Part shown: one piece after another, positions 49,168 through 61,991 of the stretch
Layout of the letters: each line of letters opens with the position of its first letter
Numbering within the stretch: position 1 is the first letter of the stretch
From: Felis catus
Lineage: Eukaryota
DNA: 64,000 bases
Assembly: GCF_018350175.1 (NCBI RefSeq)
Contig: NC_058368.1
Location: 220,660,001 to 220,724,000 of the forward strand
Direction of reading: 5' to 3'
Translations under genes and position numbers: made by a program
Notes under the pieces: generated by a model
Told to the model about the DNA's origin: nothing
What the model saw: only the letters and a program-made list of their open reading frames with translations
Database searches by the model: none

Positions 49168-49382
49168 CTTTTTTAAAAAAAATATTTATTTTTGAGAGAG
49201 AGTGGGAGACAGAGTGTGAGCAGGGTAGGGGCAAAGAGAGAGGGAGACACAGAATCTGAAGCAGGCTCCAGGCTCTGAGCTGTCAGCACAGAGTCCGATG
49301 CAGGGCTTGAACTCATGAGCCATGAGATCATGACCTGAGCTGAAGTCGGCTACTCAACTGGCTGAGCCACCCAGGTGTCCCC
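49168..49382 (-). mobile_element. Can-SINE
   Basis: Complete body, ending gagccacccaggtgtcccc. Confidence 0.94.
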
Positions 49383-49906
49383 TAATTTGGGTGAAATACA
49401 GGACTTGCATCTTTGGATTATTTGTCACAGGAAACACTGACAATTCTTCATCCCAAACGCTGACAAGGTGGAATCACAGCAACATCCCAAGTAGGAGTCC
49501 AGGGAGAATGCCATGAATGGGATCATGGACTGAGTCAAACAGGAAGGAGAGAGTCCTCAACAGGGACTAACAGGTTTTGGGCACTGGAATTAAGGCTCTA
49601 TCAAAAATGTCTCCGTTTTAAACATCAGAACCAGAATAAAAATGGCTCCAGGATAATAATAAAAAAAAACATAAGAATTGAGGACTCTTTAGCCAAGAGC
49701 TTTTGAAATAATAAAAACTTAATAAAGCAAAACACTACAGTAAATCGTCTATTAATAAAAGCCCAGCTGAACCAAAGACAATGGGTGTGCATCTAGATAT
49801 AAAGACATATTTATATGACAGCATAAGTCATAAATTGATACAGTATATTTGTCAATATCACCCCCTTGCATTTCTTTATACGTTATAGATTTAGATATAG
49901 AGCTGC

Positions 49907-50836
49907 TGCCATGGATTGAGTATTTGTGTTTCCTCAAATTTCATATGTTGAAACCTTAATCCCCAGTGTGATGGTGCTGGGAGGTAGGCCCTTTGGGTGA
50001 CAATTATGTTAAGATGAGTTCATGAGGATGGGATCCCTCTGTGGGATTAATATCCTTACAAGAAGAAGAGACCAGAGCTCTCTGTTTCTCCCATGCACTC
50101 CCCGAGGAAAGGTCGGATGAGGACAGAAAACAAATGTCATCAAACCAAGAATCTACTTTGATCTTGGACTTTCCAGCCTTCAAAACTGTGAGAAATGAAT
50201 GCTTGTTGTTTATGCCACCCAGTCTATGGTATTTTGAAATAACAGCCCAAACTGACAAATATAGAAGTTGGCACTGAGAAGTGGGGTGCTGTAACAAATA
50301 CCTAAAAATGTGAAAATGGCTTCAAAGCTGAATAATGAGCAGAGGCTTAAAGAGTCTCGTGGTGCATGCTAGAAAAAACTGAGGTTGCCATGAACATGGG
50401 ACTGCCAGTTCCGGTCAGAGTTCAGAAAGAAAAGAGGAGAGCTATAGAGAAAACGTCCATCTTCCTGTAGAGAACCTGTAAATAGCCATGTACAGAACAT
50501 TGGTAGAAATAGAGACCTTATGGGTGATTCTGCTGAGATCTCAGATGGACCTGAGGAACATGTTATTAGACAACGAATGAAAGTCAATCCTCACCATAGA
50601 GTGGCAAAGAGTTTGACTTAATTGTGTTTTAGTGTTTTATGGAAGAGAGAAATTGCAAGCGATAGAAGTGAATCTTTCACTGAGAAGAATTCTAAAAAAA
50701 GTTTTGAAGGAGGTGCTAGGCCCCCTGATTGATTGCTTAGTATAAAATTCCAGAAGAGAGAAATGAGTTGAAGAAGGAATTTTTCAGCAAAAAGGAATCA
50801 GAACTTAAAGATTTGGAAAAATTTCAGTCTATCCTA

Positions 50837-50872
<36 letters not shown>

Positions 50873-51777
50873 ATGCACAGAGAGAGAGAGAGACACAGAG
50901 AGACAGAGAGACAGAGAGAAAGTGTGCTCTTAGGAGAACACATAGGTGTGGCCTAGTAACCATCTGATAAGCAGGTTATTATGGGTGTGTACCAGGGACT
51001 CAGACACTTCATCAGGAGCCTGCCAGTTTTTGAATTGAAGGGTAAGACATTCTATGGACCGAAAGAAGGCTATGGGACTCAGATTCAGCAGGACCTGAAG
51101 CTAAACTATTCCATTCTGCTGTAACTTGTACCATTCTTCAAGAAAAGGGAGCAATGGGCCCCCAAGGTGGCTCCAAGGTGATCAGGGCCACTGCCTCTGT
51201 TAAAAGGCCAAGTGGACTTTGACCAAAGACTTGGGGGTTGGGCTAACCTCACTATGAATCACCCAGATTTGGTTTAGATGACATTCAGCTGAGATTTGGA
51301 ATTGGGACTTTAGAGTTCATGCTGGAACAAGTTAAGATGTGTGGGGGCTATTGGGGTGGAATGAATGTATATTGCAGGCAAAAAGTTTGTGCCTTGTTGG
51401 GGGGAGAGGCAGGGGTAGAATGCTATGGACTGAATGTGAACCCCCATAGGGCTTCATATGCTGAAGCTCTAATCTCTATTGTGATGTATTTGGAGGGAGA
51501 GCCTTTGGGAAATAATTTGGTTTAGATGCCATGAGAAAATTGAGCCCCCCCCACCATGAGATAGTGTCCTTCTAAGAAGAGGAAGAGACCAGAGTCCCCT
51601 CCCTTCCTCTCTGCCACATGAGAATACAGCAAAAAGGCATCCATAACCTGGAAGAGGGTTTTCATCAGAATCTACAGATGTCTTGATCTTAGACTTCAGA
51701 AGTGAGAAATAAATGTCTGTCATTTAAGCCACTGGGTTTATGGTATTTTGTTACAGTAGCCCAGCCTAAGCTAAGGA
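49907..51777 (+). mobile_element. Two-LTR MaLR element (MLT1A-like): 5'LTR ~49907-50260, internal ~50261-51420, 3'LTR ~51421-51777
   Basis: Both LTRs begin tgc(c/t)atgga.tga and share ttgatctt.gactt and tatggtattttg. The internal region starts gaagttggcactgagaagtggggtgctg. A polypurine tract precedes the 3'LTR. Confidence 0.88.
50838..50920. repeat. (CA)n(GA)n compound microsatellite inside the MaLR internal region
   Basis: Direct observation. Confidence 0.95.
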
Positions 51778-51849
51778 ATATACCTAAAATATACAGTTTG
51801 ATTTGCATGTCACAAATTTTATGTAAGTGGTATAACACTCTATCTCAGT

Positions 51850-52060
51850 ATTTCTCAATAGAAATTTTTGTAATAATAAAAATGTTCTATATTTGTGCTG
51901 TCTCATATAGTAGCTACTAGTCACATGTGCTTATTGAGAATTTTGAAATGTGGCTAGGGAAACTGATGGGCTGAATTTTAAATTGTATTTTCTTCAGGTT
52001 AATTATATATATTTAAATAACCAAATGCAGCTAGTGGCCAATCACAGTGAACAATATAGT
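51850..52060. mobile_element. MER3-like MITE
   Basis: caatagaaatttttg..aatgttctatatttgtgctgtc..tagctactagtcacatgtg..tgaaatgtggctag. Confidence 0.8.
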
Positions 52061-52358
52061 TTGCATAGTCTTCTGTAACTTTTTTAAAAAAAATTTAATC
52101 TTGGGAGAAGACATGTGTCTTATTTTTCATTACTGCAATGTCTTCCAGCTTGTTATTGGTTCCATGCATTGAATAACATCAATATTATTATACCTCTTAG
52201 TAGTATGCTTATTTCATATACTAATTTGGACCAAGTTCTTCATAGTTGGACCATACCTGTTTTTATCTTACTATGTCCTAGAGACAACTTAATATTCCTA
52301 TATTCTATGCATAGTAGTTCATAGCCTCAAGTGAGCCAAAGTCTCAGGAACACTCTTT

Positions 52359-52576
52359 TTTTTTTTTAATTTTTTAACGTTTATTTATTTTTGAGACAGA
52401 GAGAGACACAGCATGAACGTGGGAGGGTCAGAGAGAGGGAGACACAGAATCTGAAACAGGCTCCAAGCTCTGAGCTGTCAGCACAGAGCCCCACGCGGGG
52501 CTCGAACTCACCAACCGTGAGATCATGACCTGAGCCGAAGTCGGCCTCTTAACCGACTGAGCCAAGCAGGTGCCCC
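52359..52576 (-). mobile_element. Can-SINE
   Basis: TSD ctcaggaac(a/g)ctcttt. Confidence 0.95.
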
Positions 52577-52829
52577 TCAGGAACGCTCTTTAAGAACCTC
52601 ATTGATATCTGGCAATCTGCTTACTTAAATATATACCCTCCTGCTCAAGGCCTTCAGGGGAGTTGCTATTCTGGGCTGTTCTTTAACAGGCTTGCTGGGT
52701 TTTTTATACTGTTATACTGATTGTTATACTGGTTGTTATACTGATACTAGGTCATCTTCCTGGTTTACTTACTTACTTACTTACTTTATTGATTGATTGA
52801 TTGATTGATTACATGTGTCTTACTACTTT

Positions 52830-53730
52830 ACTCTCTTAGTAAACTGTGGGTAAATTTTCTGAATCTGTCAAGTGAAAAAAAAAAGTCTCTTTTCCTTTCC
52901 CATGTTTGGTTAATATCTTGAGTAATTGTGAGTCATGTCCTTCATTCCGTGGAAGGTGTTGCTTCGTTGTTTCATTCCGTGGAAGGTGTTGCTTCATTGT
53001 TTTTGCCCATCAAGCAGGTTTAATCTCTCTGATGTCAGTCTGATGCATATTGGTTTGCTAGTAAACTTGTTTACTTTCTAGAAGCGTTTTGGATTTTTAT
53101 GTATCTCATTTTCTGAAATTTCACCTGGGGTTTACCTATCTATACACTTTCTCATTGCATCTAACCAGGTAGATGCAGGTACTTACCTTACCAGGTACTT
53201 TCAATTTGAAGCTTTGTGTTTTTCTTCAACTCAAGAAATTTTCTTATACTAACATGTAACATCTGCTTTTTAAAAAGTATTTGTATGTACTCTTTTGCAG
53301 ATTGCTTCAAAGACATTTCTCCTTTGTTTATCTTGTATTTTATTTTAATTTTATATTTCAGAATTTCTCAAATATTCGGCAATTATCATAAATTCATTTA
53401 CTTTTAAGAACAAAGAGAGATGACTATATTCCATATATGTCATCATATTTTGTCAACTTTCAGATTTCCTTTAGGATGATAGTCTAAGATGCTGGCCACT
53501 ATGCTTGGATACAGAATGACAGTCAGGCTGTTTATAGGTAAGCCCAAATTAGTTTTCCAGTCTCTCACAGAAAATTATTTGAATTTTTTTTTTTAGATAA
53601 GCAACCTGAACTTTCCTTCAGAGTTAAGTGTTAAATTGTCAAACTGTTCTGTTTGGGGGCCTCTATTGGAAGTAGGGACAGAGGTGGTCACAACTCAGTA
53701 TGTAGTCTTTCTACTAAATCTCCCTGTGTC
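52830..53730 (-). mobile_element. Ancient L1ME/HAL1-like fragment
   Basis: tctgatgtcagtctgat, ttctgaaatttcac and ttcttcaactcaagaaattttctt motifs. Confidence 0.5.
52941..53000. repeat. 30-bp tandem duplication (1 mismatch)
   Basis: ttcattccgtggaaggtgttgcttc(g/a)ttgt x2. Confidence 0.95.
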
Positions 53731-54682
53731 TTACCATGTGTTGTGTGAAGCACCAAAAGAATGAGAACAGGCATGGGGTTTTAGGCTTCAGCAAAGGAAC
53801 AGAGATACATGACTCTCTATACTGAGAGATCCTTCTTTAATTGAAGAGGGTACCAACATAGGTCAAGTTCAACATCCAGAGCAATGTAATTTATGGTAAA
53901 CAAGAGAGTAAGCAAAAGCTAATCAGATTATCCCATTTGAAGATTATCCCATTTCCAGAGTGGTAGAGGTTGTGGGGGTAATTTTTTTTGAACAGGGAAG
54001 TCATTTCTTATTCACCACTCTGGCGAGAATTCAAATAGAATCAGACCCTCAAAGGCAGTATAAAACTAGAGTGAGGCATCGTAGAGTGCTGTGGATAGAG
54101 TGCACATGACCAAGAGTTAAGTAGAGAATATTACTCTAAGAAAAATGACAGAGTGAGCACACACATTTTCTTTCCTCCCTTCCTCAAAAGCAAAAACTTA
54201 CACAAGGCACTGACTGCAGGAAGGAGGTTCAATATCGGCAGAGGAAGATTTAGATGGATTACTGAAGGTCGAATGGCAGATACAGCAACTCAGAGTTTAC
54301 AGAAGAAAATGTTGAAGTGGTTATGTGAGTTGTTCATTTTTCATATGGAAGCATTATTTTCATGTTATGTATCCCTCAATTCCTCCCTTCTTCATATTGA
54401 CCTAGTCAGTATAAACTGAGAGCAAGTGTGAGGAAAGTGTTACTACTCAGGCTGATAGACTAGATGATTAATCTTGCAGCAGTTGAGTGGGTTGGCCAGC
54501 TTTATTCAATTTTCCCATAATTCTATGTTCAGTAGAGGATTTGCTCCAAAATAAAATTTTTAAAAAATGTATATTTAATTTGTCCAATTCTGGGGCCCCC
54601 AAAATATGAGTTATATTCCCAAAGTAAAATTGTTATTATTTTGGCAAGCAAAGGGTTATTAGCCTTCTCACTTTTTCTCTTC

Positions 54683-54899
54683 TTTTTTTTTTTTTTAACG
54701 TTTATTTATTTTTGAGACAGAGAGAGACAGAGCATGAAGGGGGGAGGGGCAGAGAGAGAAGGAGACACAGAATCAGAAGCAGGCTCCAGGCTCTGAGCCA
54801 TCAGCCCAGAGCCCGACGCGGGGCTCGAACTCCCGGACCGCAAGATCGTGACCTGAGCTGAAGTCGGACGCTTAACCGACTGCGCCACCCAGGCGCCCC
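54683..54899 (-). mobile_element. Young CpG-rich Can-SINE
   Basis: TSD tcactt(t/a)ttctcttctt. Confidence 0.96.
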
Positions 54900-54949
54900 T
54901 CACTTATTCTCTTCTTATACGTCCTAATGTGAATTCCACTCGGCACGTT

Positions 54950-56900
54950 CTGACCAGAAGTTAGACAGTAGTAAGGTCAGAGAATAATTGTAAGAACAAA
55001 ATTGGTATGCCTTGTATATACTTATAAACATAAATAATACAAAGCAAAATATCAAGAGTCTACAAATAGGACAAATAACACAGAGGAAAAACAACTTATC
55101 CAGGACTCCCAGGAAAGTAGAAAATCAATGATTATTTTCAATGAGATTCTATTTGCTTTTATAATATAATCTGGGCTAAAATAAATAGGGGAAAAGCAGA
55201 AATTAAATGATAATTGATGAAAGAAAATATTCCATACAAAGGATAAAAGAACATTCCAGAAGAGGGCAAAAGGGGGGAGGAGAAGAAAAAATTCCAAAAA
55301 AAATAAAACTAAATGGATATTGCAGAATTGCAAATTGATCCAGCAGAGCCAAAACAAACAAAATAAAGAAAATTTTCATATGCTTTCTAGTAGTACAAAA
55401 TACTTTTTAATGGAGAGAAAAACACATTATTTGTTTTTAAAAATGAGGAGAAAGTAAAGTTATTTAGAGGGCAAAAGCTTACCCAAGACCAACTTCAATG
55501 AATAATAATAATAATGATAAAAAAAAATACAAACCCAAACAAATACTCATGGTATTCCCTGACATCTAAGATAAAGAGAAGATTACAAAAGCCCCTAGAA
55601 ATCATAAATGTAGCTAAATTAAGTCAATTGATGGCCAGAATTACCTTAAACTATTTATTTAAAAAAAGAATATTAAAACATGAGATATCAAGGCATTATC
55701 TTAATACTTATCAGAACATTATTTAAAATATAGAATTATATATTCATCCAACATAGCAATATAGTATAATGATAAAAAAGAAGACTTTATTTTATCATGG
55801 GAAAACTCAGTAAATCTTTCTTATAATTTTGTGAAAAATTGCCTGAGAATGCACTCAGTAAAAAAACAAAACAAAACAAAAAAACAAAAAACAAAAAACA
55901 ATTCAAGAAGGAAGAAGCTTGGACTTCAAGAAGAATGGAACTAACCCTAATGTGCAATGAAAATAAACTCTAGAATGAAATTAGAACTTAAAAACATTTA
56001 GAAATGCTTTAAAATGTCATGATTATAGAGAAATGTAATGAAAAGAATAGAGAAAGATATTGAGCATAGAGGAGTTATTGAATTTAGAGATGATTCTTCA
56101 TAAGAAGCAACCACCCAAACCTCAGTGTTATCACACATAAATATTTATTTTTACTCACAAACTTAGAGTCCACTGGATCATTTTTCTGGCAATGACTAGG
56201 CTCCTTTGGACAACTGTGGCTCAAGTAGTCATTTTTTTCTGATCTTGGTTCAGCCCACTTAAATATCGGGGGTTGACCACAAGCTGGTCAGATACAGTGC
56301 CAACTGGACAACTGAGCTCTTCTCCACAAGGTCCTTCCTATCTAGCCTGTTTGCCAGACTTATTCTCATGATGAATTTCTTGTCCAAAAGAAAGATCGGG
56401 GTGCACAAGAACTTGAGATCTAGATTCCCACCTGGCACACCACAAATTCTACCACATTCTATTCACCATAGCAAGTCCAGACCAGATTCAAGATTTGGGG
56501 GGAGGGGTATATACCATCTCCTGACAAGAGTAACCACAAATTCACATTACTAAGGGCACTGATACAGGTTGGGGTGAAGAACTGGGAACATCTCCTATAT
56601 GTATCAAGCCAAAAAAAATTGGTAAATCTGAAAATACATATATATCAATTGAGAATAATATGGAAACATTTATTTATAGACGCAGACATGTGCGTATGAG
56701 TATCTTATGTAAGAAACTGTATTTTGGGTACTAAAAATTGGGGGAAAGTTATGGGTAATGCAAGTATGCTAAATTTCCTACCTTTCATAATAAGTCAATA
56801 TGTTTTGTGCAAATTTGCCATATTAAGGAATATGGTTATAAGGAGATTATTTAGAACTATCTAGACAAATATATAATAAATTTTAAACTGGAGAAAGTTT
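54950..56900 (+). mobile_element. Ancient L1ME/HAL1-like fragments, interrupted by an MLT1 LTR
   Basis: A-rich, with gataaaagaacattcc, agagaagattacaaaagc, atagaattatatattcatccaa and atgctaaatttccta motifs. Confidence 0.45.
56100..56600 (-). mobile_element. MLT1F/G-like LTR
   Basis: aaccacccaaacctcagtg..atttatttttactcaca, ccacattctattcaccatagcaagtc..ccagattcaag and ggggtgaagaactggg. Confidence 0.7.
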
Positions 56901-58048
56901 CCTCTGAGTTTAAAGGGAGGGAAAGTGGGAAGCTTAGATTTTGTGTTTGATACAGTACTATGTTATTTGAATAATTATTCTTTGTGTATGGACCTGTAAA
57001 ATAACGACTTTTGTAAAATGACTTTTTAAACATAGATAGTGAGCGTATACCACGTATTTGCAAATAGGAAATTCTATCACGTATGTAGAGAAGAAATAGA
57101 ACCAGGGCTTGAGGGGAAGCAGGATCAAGCCAAAGCTGTTTCCAGCTGAGTAACCCTTTCCACCTTCCCAAATGGCATATTCATGAGATTACATATGTAT
57201 TGTCTGTTCCTACTCATTATATTTCACTTAAGTGTGCTACAAGACACGGCATTTTTATAGATATTCGTAGGTGGCATATTGTGTCATTTCCCTTCTCCTT
57301 GCTTTTGGCATTCTATTTATCTATTCCTAGTATGAGATGAACATGAGATTAATGCTTTGTTCTCGACTTTGGTGTATTCCTATCATATTCAAAGGAGAAT
57401 ACAACAGCTGGCAACTGGGATAGAGTATATTAGATTCTAAAATATAAAACCTTTTACTTATCTTCTAACAGTCTTAGGTTTTATCTTTTTTGGAACACAC
57501 CCTTGTGACTTTCTTACCTGATTGGAATTCCTGATATAAACATTGTAGGCTTGATTTAATAATGACATCTCAGCCTTTCTAATAATACTTTTCAAGTAAT
57601 TGATTTTCATTTCTTAGATGATTTATGTGTGCTGTTTTCCTTAAAAGCCTGGGGACATTAGAAGTATTGGGCATTGTGTACCTTACTCTCTTATTAGACG
57701 TCTAATTACATTGTTTGAAAAAAGTTTTAATCATTGAAAACACCATATAACAAAATTAAGTCAAGGAGACAGTATAAAATATCTAAAAATGTCATGGGAC
57801 ACAAATCCCATTCTTTCTAATATACGTCACCTGATTCATGATATCTAAAATGATAAAGATACTCTTTCTCCTCCACTTACCAGTTTTAGGGTGTTCTCCA
57901 AATTGTTATTTTAGTTTTCTTACTTTGGTCTTCATAATCCTGGAGACTGTCTGTAGCTCATGGCCCAAAGCGTACAATTCTGTGTTTATAAAAAGATATT
58001 ACATGTAATGATTAACCAGGTATCTCTTGCTTAAGTATGGTAGCTCAC

Positions 58049-58458
58049 TGTCACAGGCTGAACTGTGTCCCTATAAAATTCTATGTTTTGAAGCCCTAAC
58101 CCCCCACTATCTCAGAATGTGACTTCATTGGAGATAGAGCCTTTAAAGAGATGATTAAATTAAAATGAAATCTTTGGCGTGGGCCCTAATCCAACTGACT
58201 GGTGTCCCAGAGACCAGTGGGACTGATGTAGATCCCCAGAGACGGAAAAGAGATGAGTATACAGAGGAAAGACCATGTGAGACACAGTGGGAATGTGGGC
58301 ATCTGCCAGCAAAGGAGAGAGACCTCAGCAAGAGATCAAACTTGTTGACATCTTGATCTTAGAATTTAGTCTTCAGACTTGTTAGAGAAAAAAAAAATCT
58401 GTTGTTTAAAATACCCAGTCTGTGGTATTTTGCTATGGCAGCCCTAGGAAATAATATA
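58049..58458 (+). mobile_element. MLT1B-like solo LTR
   Basis: tgtcacaggctgaactgtgtcc..gaagccctaaccccc..ggcagccctagg. TSD ct(c/t)ac. Confidence 0.88.
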
Positions 58459-60049
58459 CTTACCAATGGGAAATCTACCTGCTTCGATTTCCTTAAGGGC
58501 CCTGTGCAGGAATATGTACAGTCCAACCTGGCCAGCATATGACTACTAGAGATTTGCTTAGCTAAAAAGTGAGAAGGAATGTGGAAAGAGAAAAATGCCA
58601 AAAACAATATTTCTCATTTGCGTAGGAAATAGGTGTTAAGAATACAAAAATGAGCTTAGTTACTTTTTGCAACTTTATCTTGGTTTCTGGAATAGGAGGT
58701 TTTACTTGCATTTTTGTACTGACTCTAAATAAATTCCCACATCTCATCGGGAGTTTAAGAACATTGAGTAATGATCAAATATTTATTTTAAGCTACATTT
58801 CACATGAGAGGTTTATTTTGCTCTCTCCTAATATAGCTTTATGCTTCAATTATAATGTAAGCTGTTTTTGTTTTGAATTTTTAACTTTAAAAAATGAAGC
58901 AATGAAAAAAAAGGACAATGTTCATGATCACTGAAATATTTTATTTTGCTAAAAATATACCTGTGGTGCTTCAGCCAAATACATTGTCCTGAGGGTGCTA
59001 AAGATTCAGCAAATGTCCAAGCTCAAAATTCTATTGTGATGGTAACTGAATATTATGGAAAACTTCCTGCATTCAGCAACAGCTCAGCAGGAGGGACAGC
59101 TAAATTATTTGACGGTTTATGAAAGCAGGAAAAAAATTACTACTAATAATAATCAGGAGGTGTTAGCATGCATACATACACACATCATCAGAAGCACAAT
59201 GCAGCCAAATACAAATCAGCAAAAAATAAGTAATAAGCACTATCCTGCTTTCAGATATTTGTTCTGTAATTCCATACATCCACTGTTGGCTTGGTTTTGA
59301 GTTAAATTCCCTCCTTTCTTGATAATCTTTGAAATTTCCCTCATTGTTTTTCAGAGTAAATTAATTTCTGTAGCCTGCAGCTCTTTTCAGTACCTGAAGA
59401 ATTAATGATGGTATTGGCGTAAGTCAGCCTAAATTTTACCAGTTGTATGACACAAAATACTTTTGCTATTCAAGTATGCACTGTTTGTAGGTCTGACTCT
59501 ATTTCCTTATGTTTGTTAATAATATTGATTTAACAAATTATATCTGTTAAAGAGACAGCACAGATTATGTATCAATTCGGCTCAATTCAAGTGATATTTC
59601 TTGAGCACTGATTAAGAGCATGGGTACCAAAAATACAAAAAAAAAAATAGAGATATGTTCCTGTTTTTAAAGATTCTCTACTAAAAGGGATAACTAAATA
59701 TATTAATGCAATGCCAAATTATTCAGTGTTTGTATAGTTTTAGAGGAGGGCTGAACTGGTTTTTATCTTTGCTTACTGTGTTTTTCTGCAGAAAAATTAT
59801 AAATCTCAATTAAATCAAATTGACCATGTGAATTTTAGAATACATAAAGATGAAGCACTATTTTCAAGCTTCAAGGTGGTTGCGAACATTTCTTTATATG
59901 TAACGTATTAATCAAAGACATGAAAATAATCTTTTATAGTCTACCATATACTCCCTGTACTTCTTAGAACACAGTCTTCAATGAATGATTAGATTAATTA
60001 GTTCCCTCTGGCCATTTTCATGCAACGTGTTAACCTTTGAGTCACTGTG

Positions 60050-60760
60050 AGTAGTCAGAATAAACAGAAATGAATCTCAAAGACCATTAGCTAAAACTCC
60101 AATCCACCATGAGTCTCTTCTAAATTTCCCTATCAAATTGTCATCTAGCCTATGCTTGAGAATCTCCCACATCAGGACTCTTCAAGCATATCATTAAATT
60201 AATGAACAACTCTAACATTGGAAAGGTCCTCCCTAATTGACTTGACAACGGCCTGCTCTTCATTTCCAACCCCTGTTCCCAATGCTGCCTTATGAAGATA
60301 CCATATGGTTTTACTCTTATGTGGATCCTGAGAAACTTAACAGAAACCCATGGGGGAGGGGAAGGGAAAAAAAAAGAGCTTAGAGTGGAAGAGAGCCAAA
60401 GCATAAGAGACTCTTAAAAACTGAGAACAAACTGAGGGTTGATGGGGGGGTGGGAGGGAGGGGAGGGCGGGGGATGGGTATTGAGGAGGGCACCTTTTGG
60501 GATGAGCACTGGGTGTTGTATGGAAACCAATTTGACAATAAACTTCATATATTGAAAAAAAATAAAAAATAAGGCAGTTGTTTCCTGCAAATGCCAGCCT
60601 TTTCCTTCAAAAGCTATCATCCCCCTATTTTGCCTCCTCTAATTCACATTAGACAATCCATGCATCCTTTTCGTTTTCTTTCCTTAGTCATTCCACCACA
60701 CTCCTTCCTAGTCTGGATACAGTCTCGATTTTCCCTACTTGACATGCAAAAAGCATGATG
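60050..60760. mobile_element. Ancient CR1/L3-like fragment hosting an L1 3' end
   Basis: gaaaggtcctccctaatt..ttccaacccctgttccca.tgctgcc and cagcc..agctatcat.cccc motifs. Confidence 0.4.
60297..60570 (+). mobile_element. Short 3' end of a young felid L1 (different 3'UTR from the 13-21 kb element)
   Basis: agataccatatg..actcttatgtggatcctgagaaacttaacag, a G-rich tract, and tatggaaaccaatttgacaataaa followed by an A tail. Confidence 0.92.
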
Positions 60761-61579
60761 ACGTACCGGTAGCAATAAGGTTTACTGTGAATACCTCAGT
60801 AGTGGGGAAACATTGAAAAGCACATCATCACCCAAGCTCTCAATGACCCACGAAAATGAAACCCTGGGTCAAGCACATAATAGAAAGTGTTCCAACAGAG
60901 CACAGTTTTATGCGGAAGTTGGCATTAATTCAGAGGATCACCCATCAACTCTGTAAAAAGGGGCTTACATATTAGCTAAAGAGCTTCACATTATCAGTGT
61001 TGCTGGACTCAGCTGAGAGACCTTGCCACCCTCCGTGGGGCTGGCTCAGTCTTATGACCCAGCTTTTCTACTAAATGCCACCCAGCCACCAATATCATTT
61101 AAGAAACCAAGGCTTGCAGTTCTAGGTTCCCCTAGACCTGAACAAATATTCCAAATTAAGTCCAAATAAGTAGATCAATTTCCTGTGATCTGGAAGTCAT
61201 TTTTTACCACTAATTCTGTGTTGACTAATTTTTAGCCTCTGTGTCATTCTGCTCTCACAGAATGGGTAAGGTTTGCATACCCTTAAGTACCCTTAAGTTT
61301 ACACCACTTCCATTTTACATATATTATTTTAGTATAACTGCAATTACCTAAAGTTAAATGTTTTTTAAGTATTCATGACCTGGATTTCAGAAATTTACCA
61401 ATTTAACTGTTTCACAAGCTAAGTACCTATTTGTGGGTTTTACTCTTCCTGATATCTGTTCCATTCCTTCCACCAGCTTTTATCAGGAACCTGCTATTTT
61501 CCTGGCATTGAGAAATATTGCAGCCCTTGACCTACAGTGGAACTTCTATCTATACTATTATCTATTATCTATTCTATTC

Positions 61580-61991
61580 TATTATGAGCCGAATTATGTG
61601 CCCCCCCCAATACTCACATGTTGAAGCTTAACCACCATGTGACTGTAAGCAGAGATAAGGCCTCCCAGGAGGTGATCACAGTTAAGTGAGGTCATAAGGG
61701 TAGGTCTCTAATGCAATAGCACTAGTGTCTTTAAAAGAAGAGAAAAGGATATCAGAGCTCCCTCTTCCCCCACACTCCCTCTGAGAGGGCACAGAAACGA
61801 GGCCACGTGAAGACACTGTGAAAAGGAGTCTATTGCAAACTAGGAAGAGAGGCCTCAAAAGAAACCAACCTGGCTGCTACCTTGATCTTGGACTTCCAGC
61901 TTTCAGAACTGTGAGAAGATAAATTTATATCATTTAAGCCACCCATCCAGTCAGTGCTATTCTGTTATGTCAGCCCGAACAGACTAACATA
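61580..61991 (+). mobile_element. MLT1A/B-like solo LTR
   Basis: tgttgaagct, ccttgatcttggacttccagc.ttcagaactgtgagaa and cagcccgaacagactaa. Confidence 0.87.

Noticed and set aside
5161..54903. Recurrent 60-120 aa ORFs such as MAQSV.RPTSAQVMIS...SLSQK suggesting a small-protein family
   Set aside because: All are translations of Can-SINE copies.
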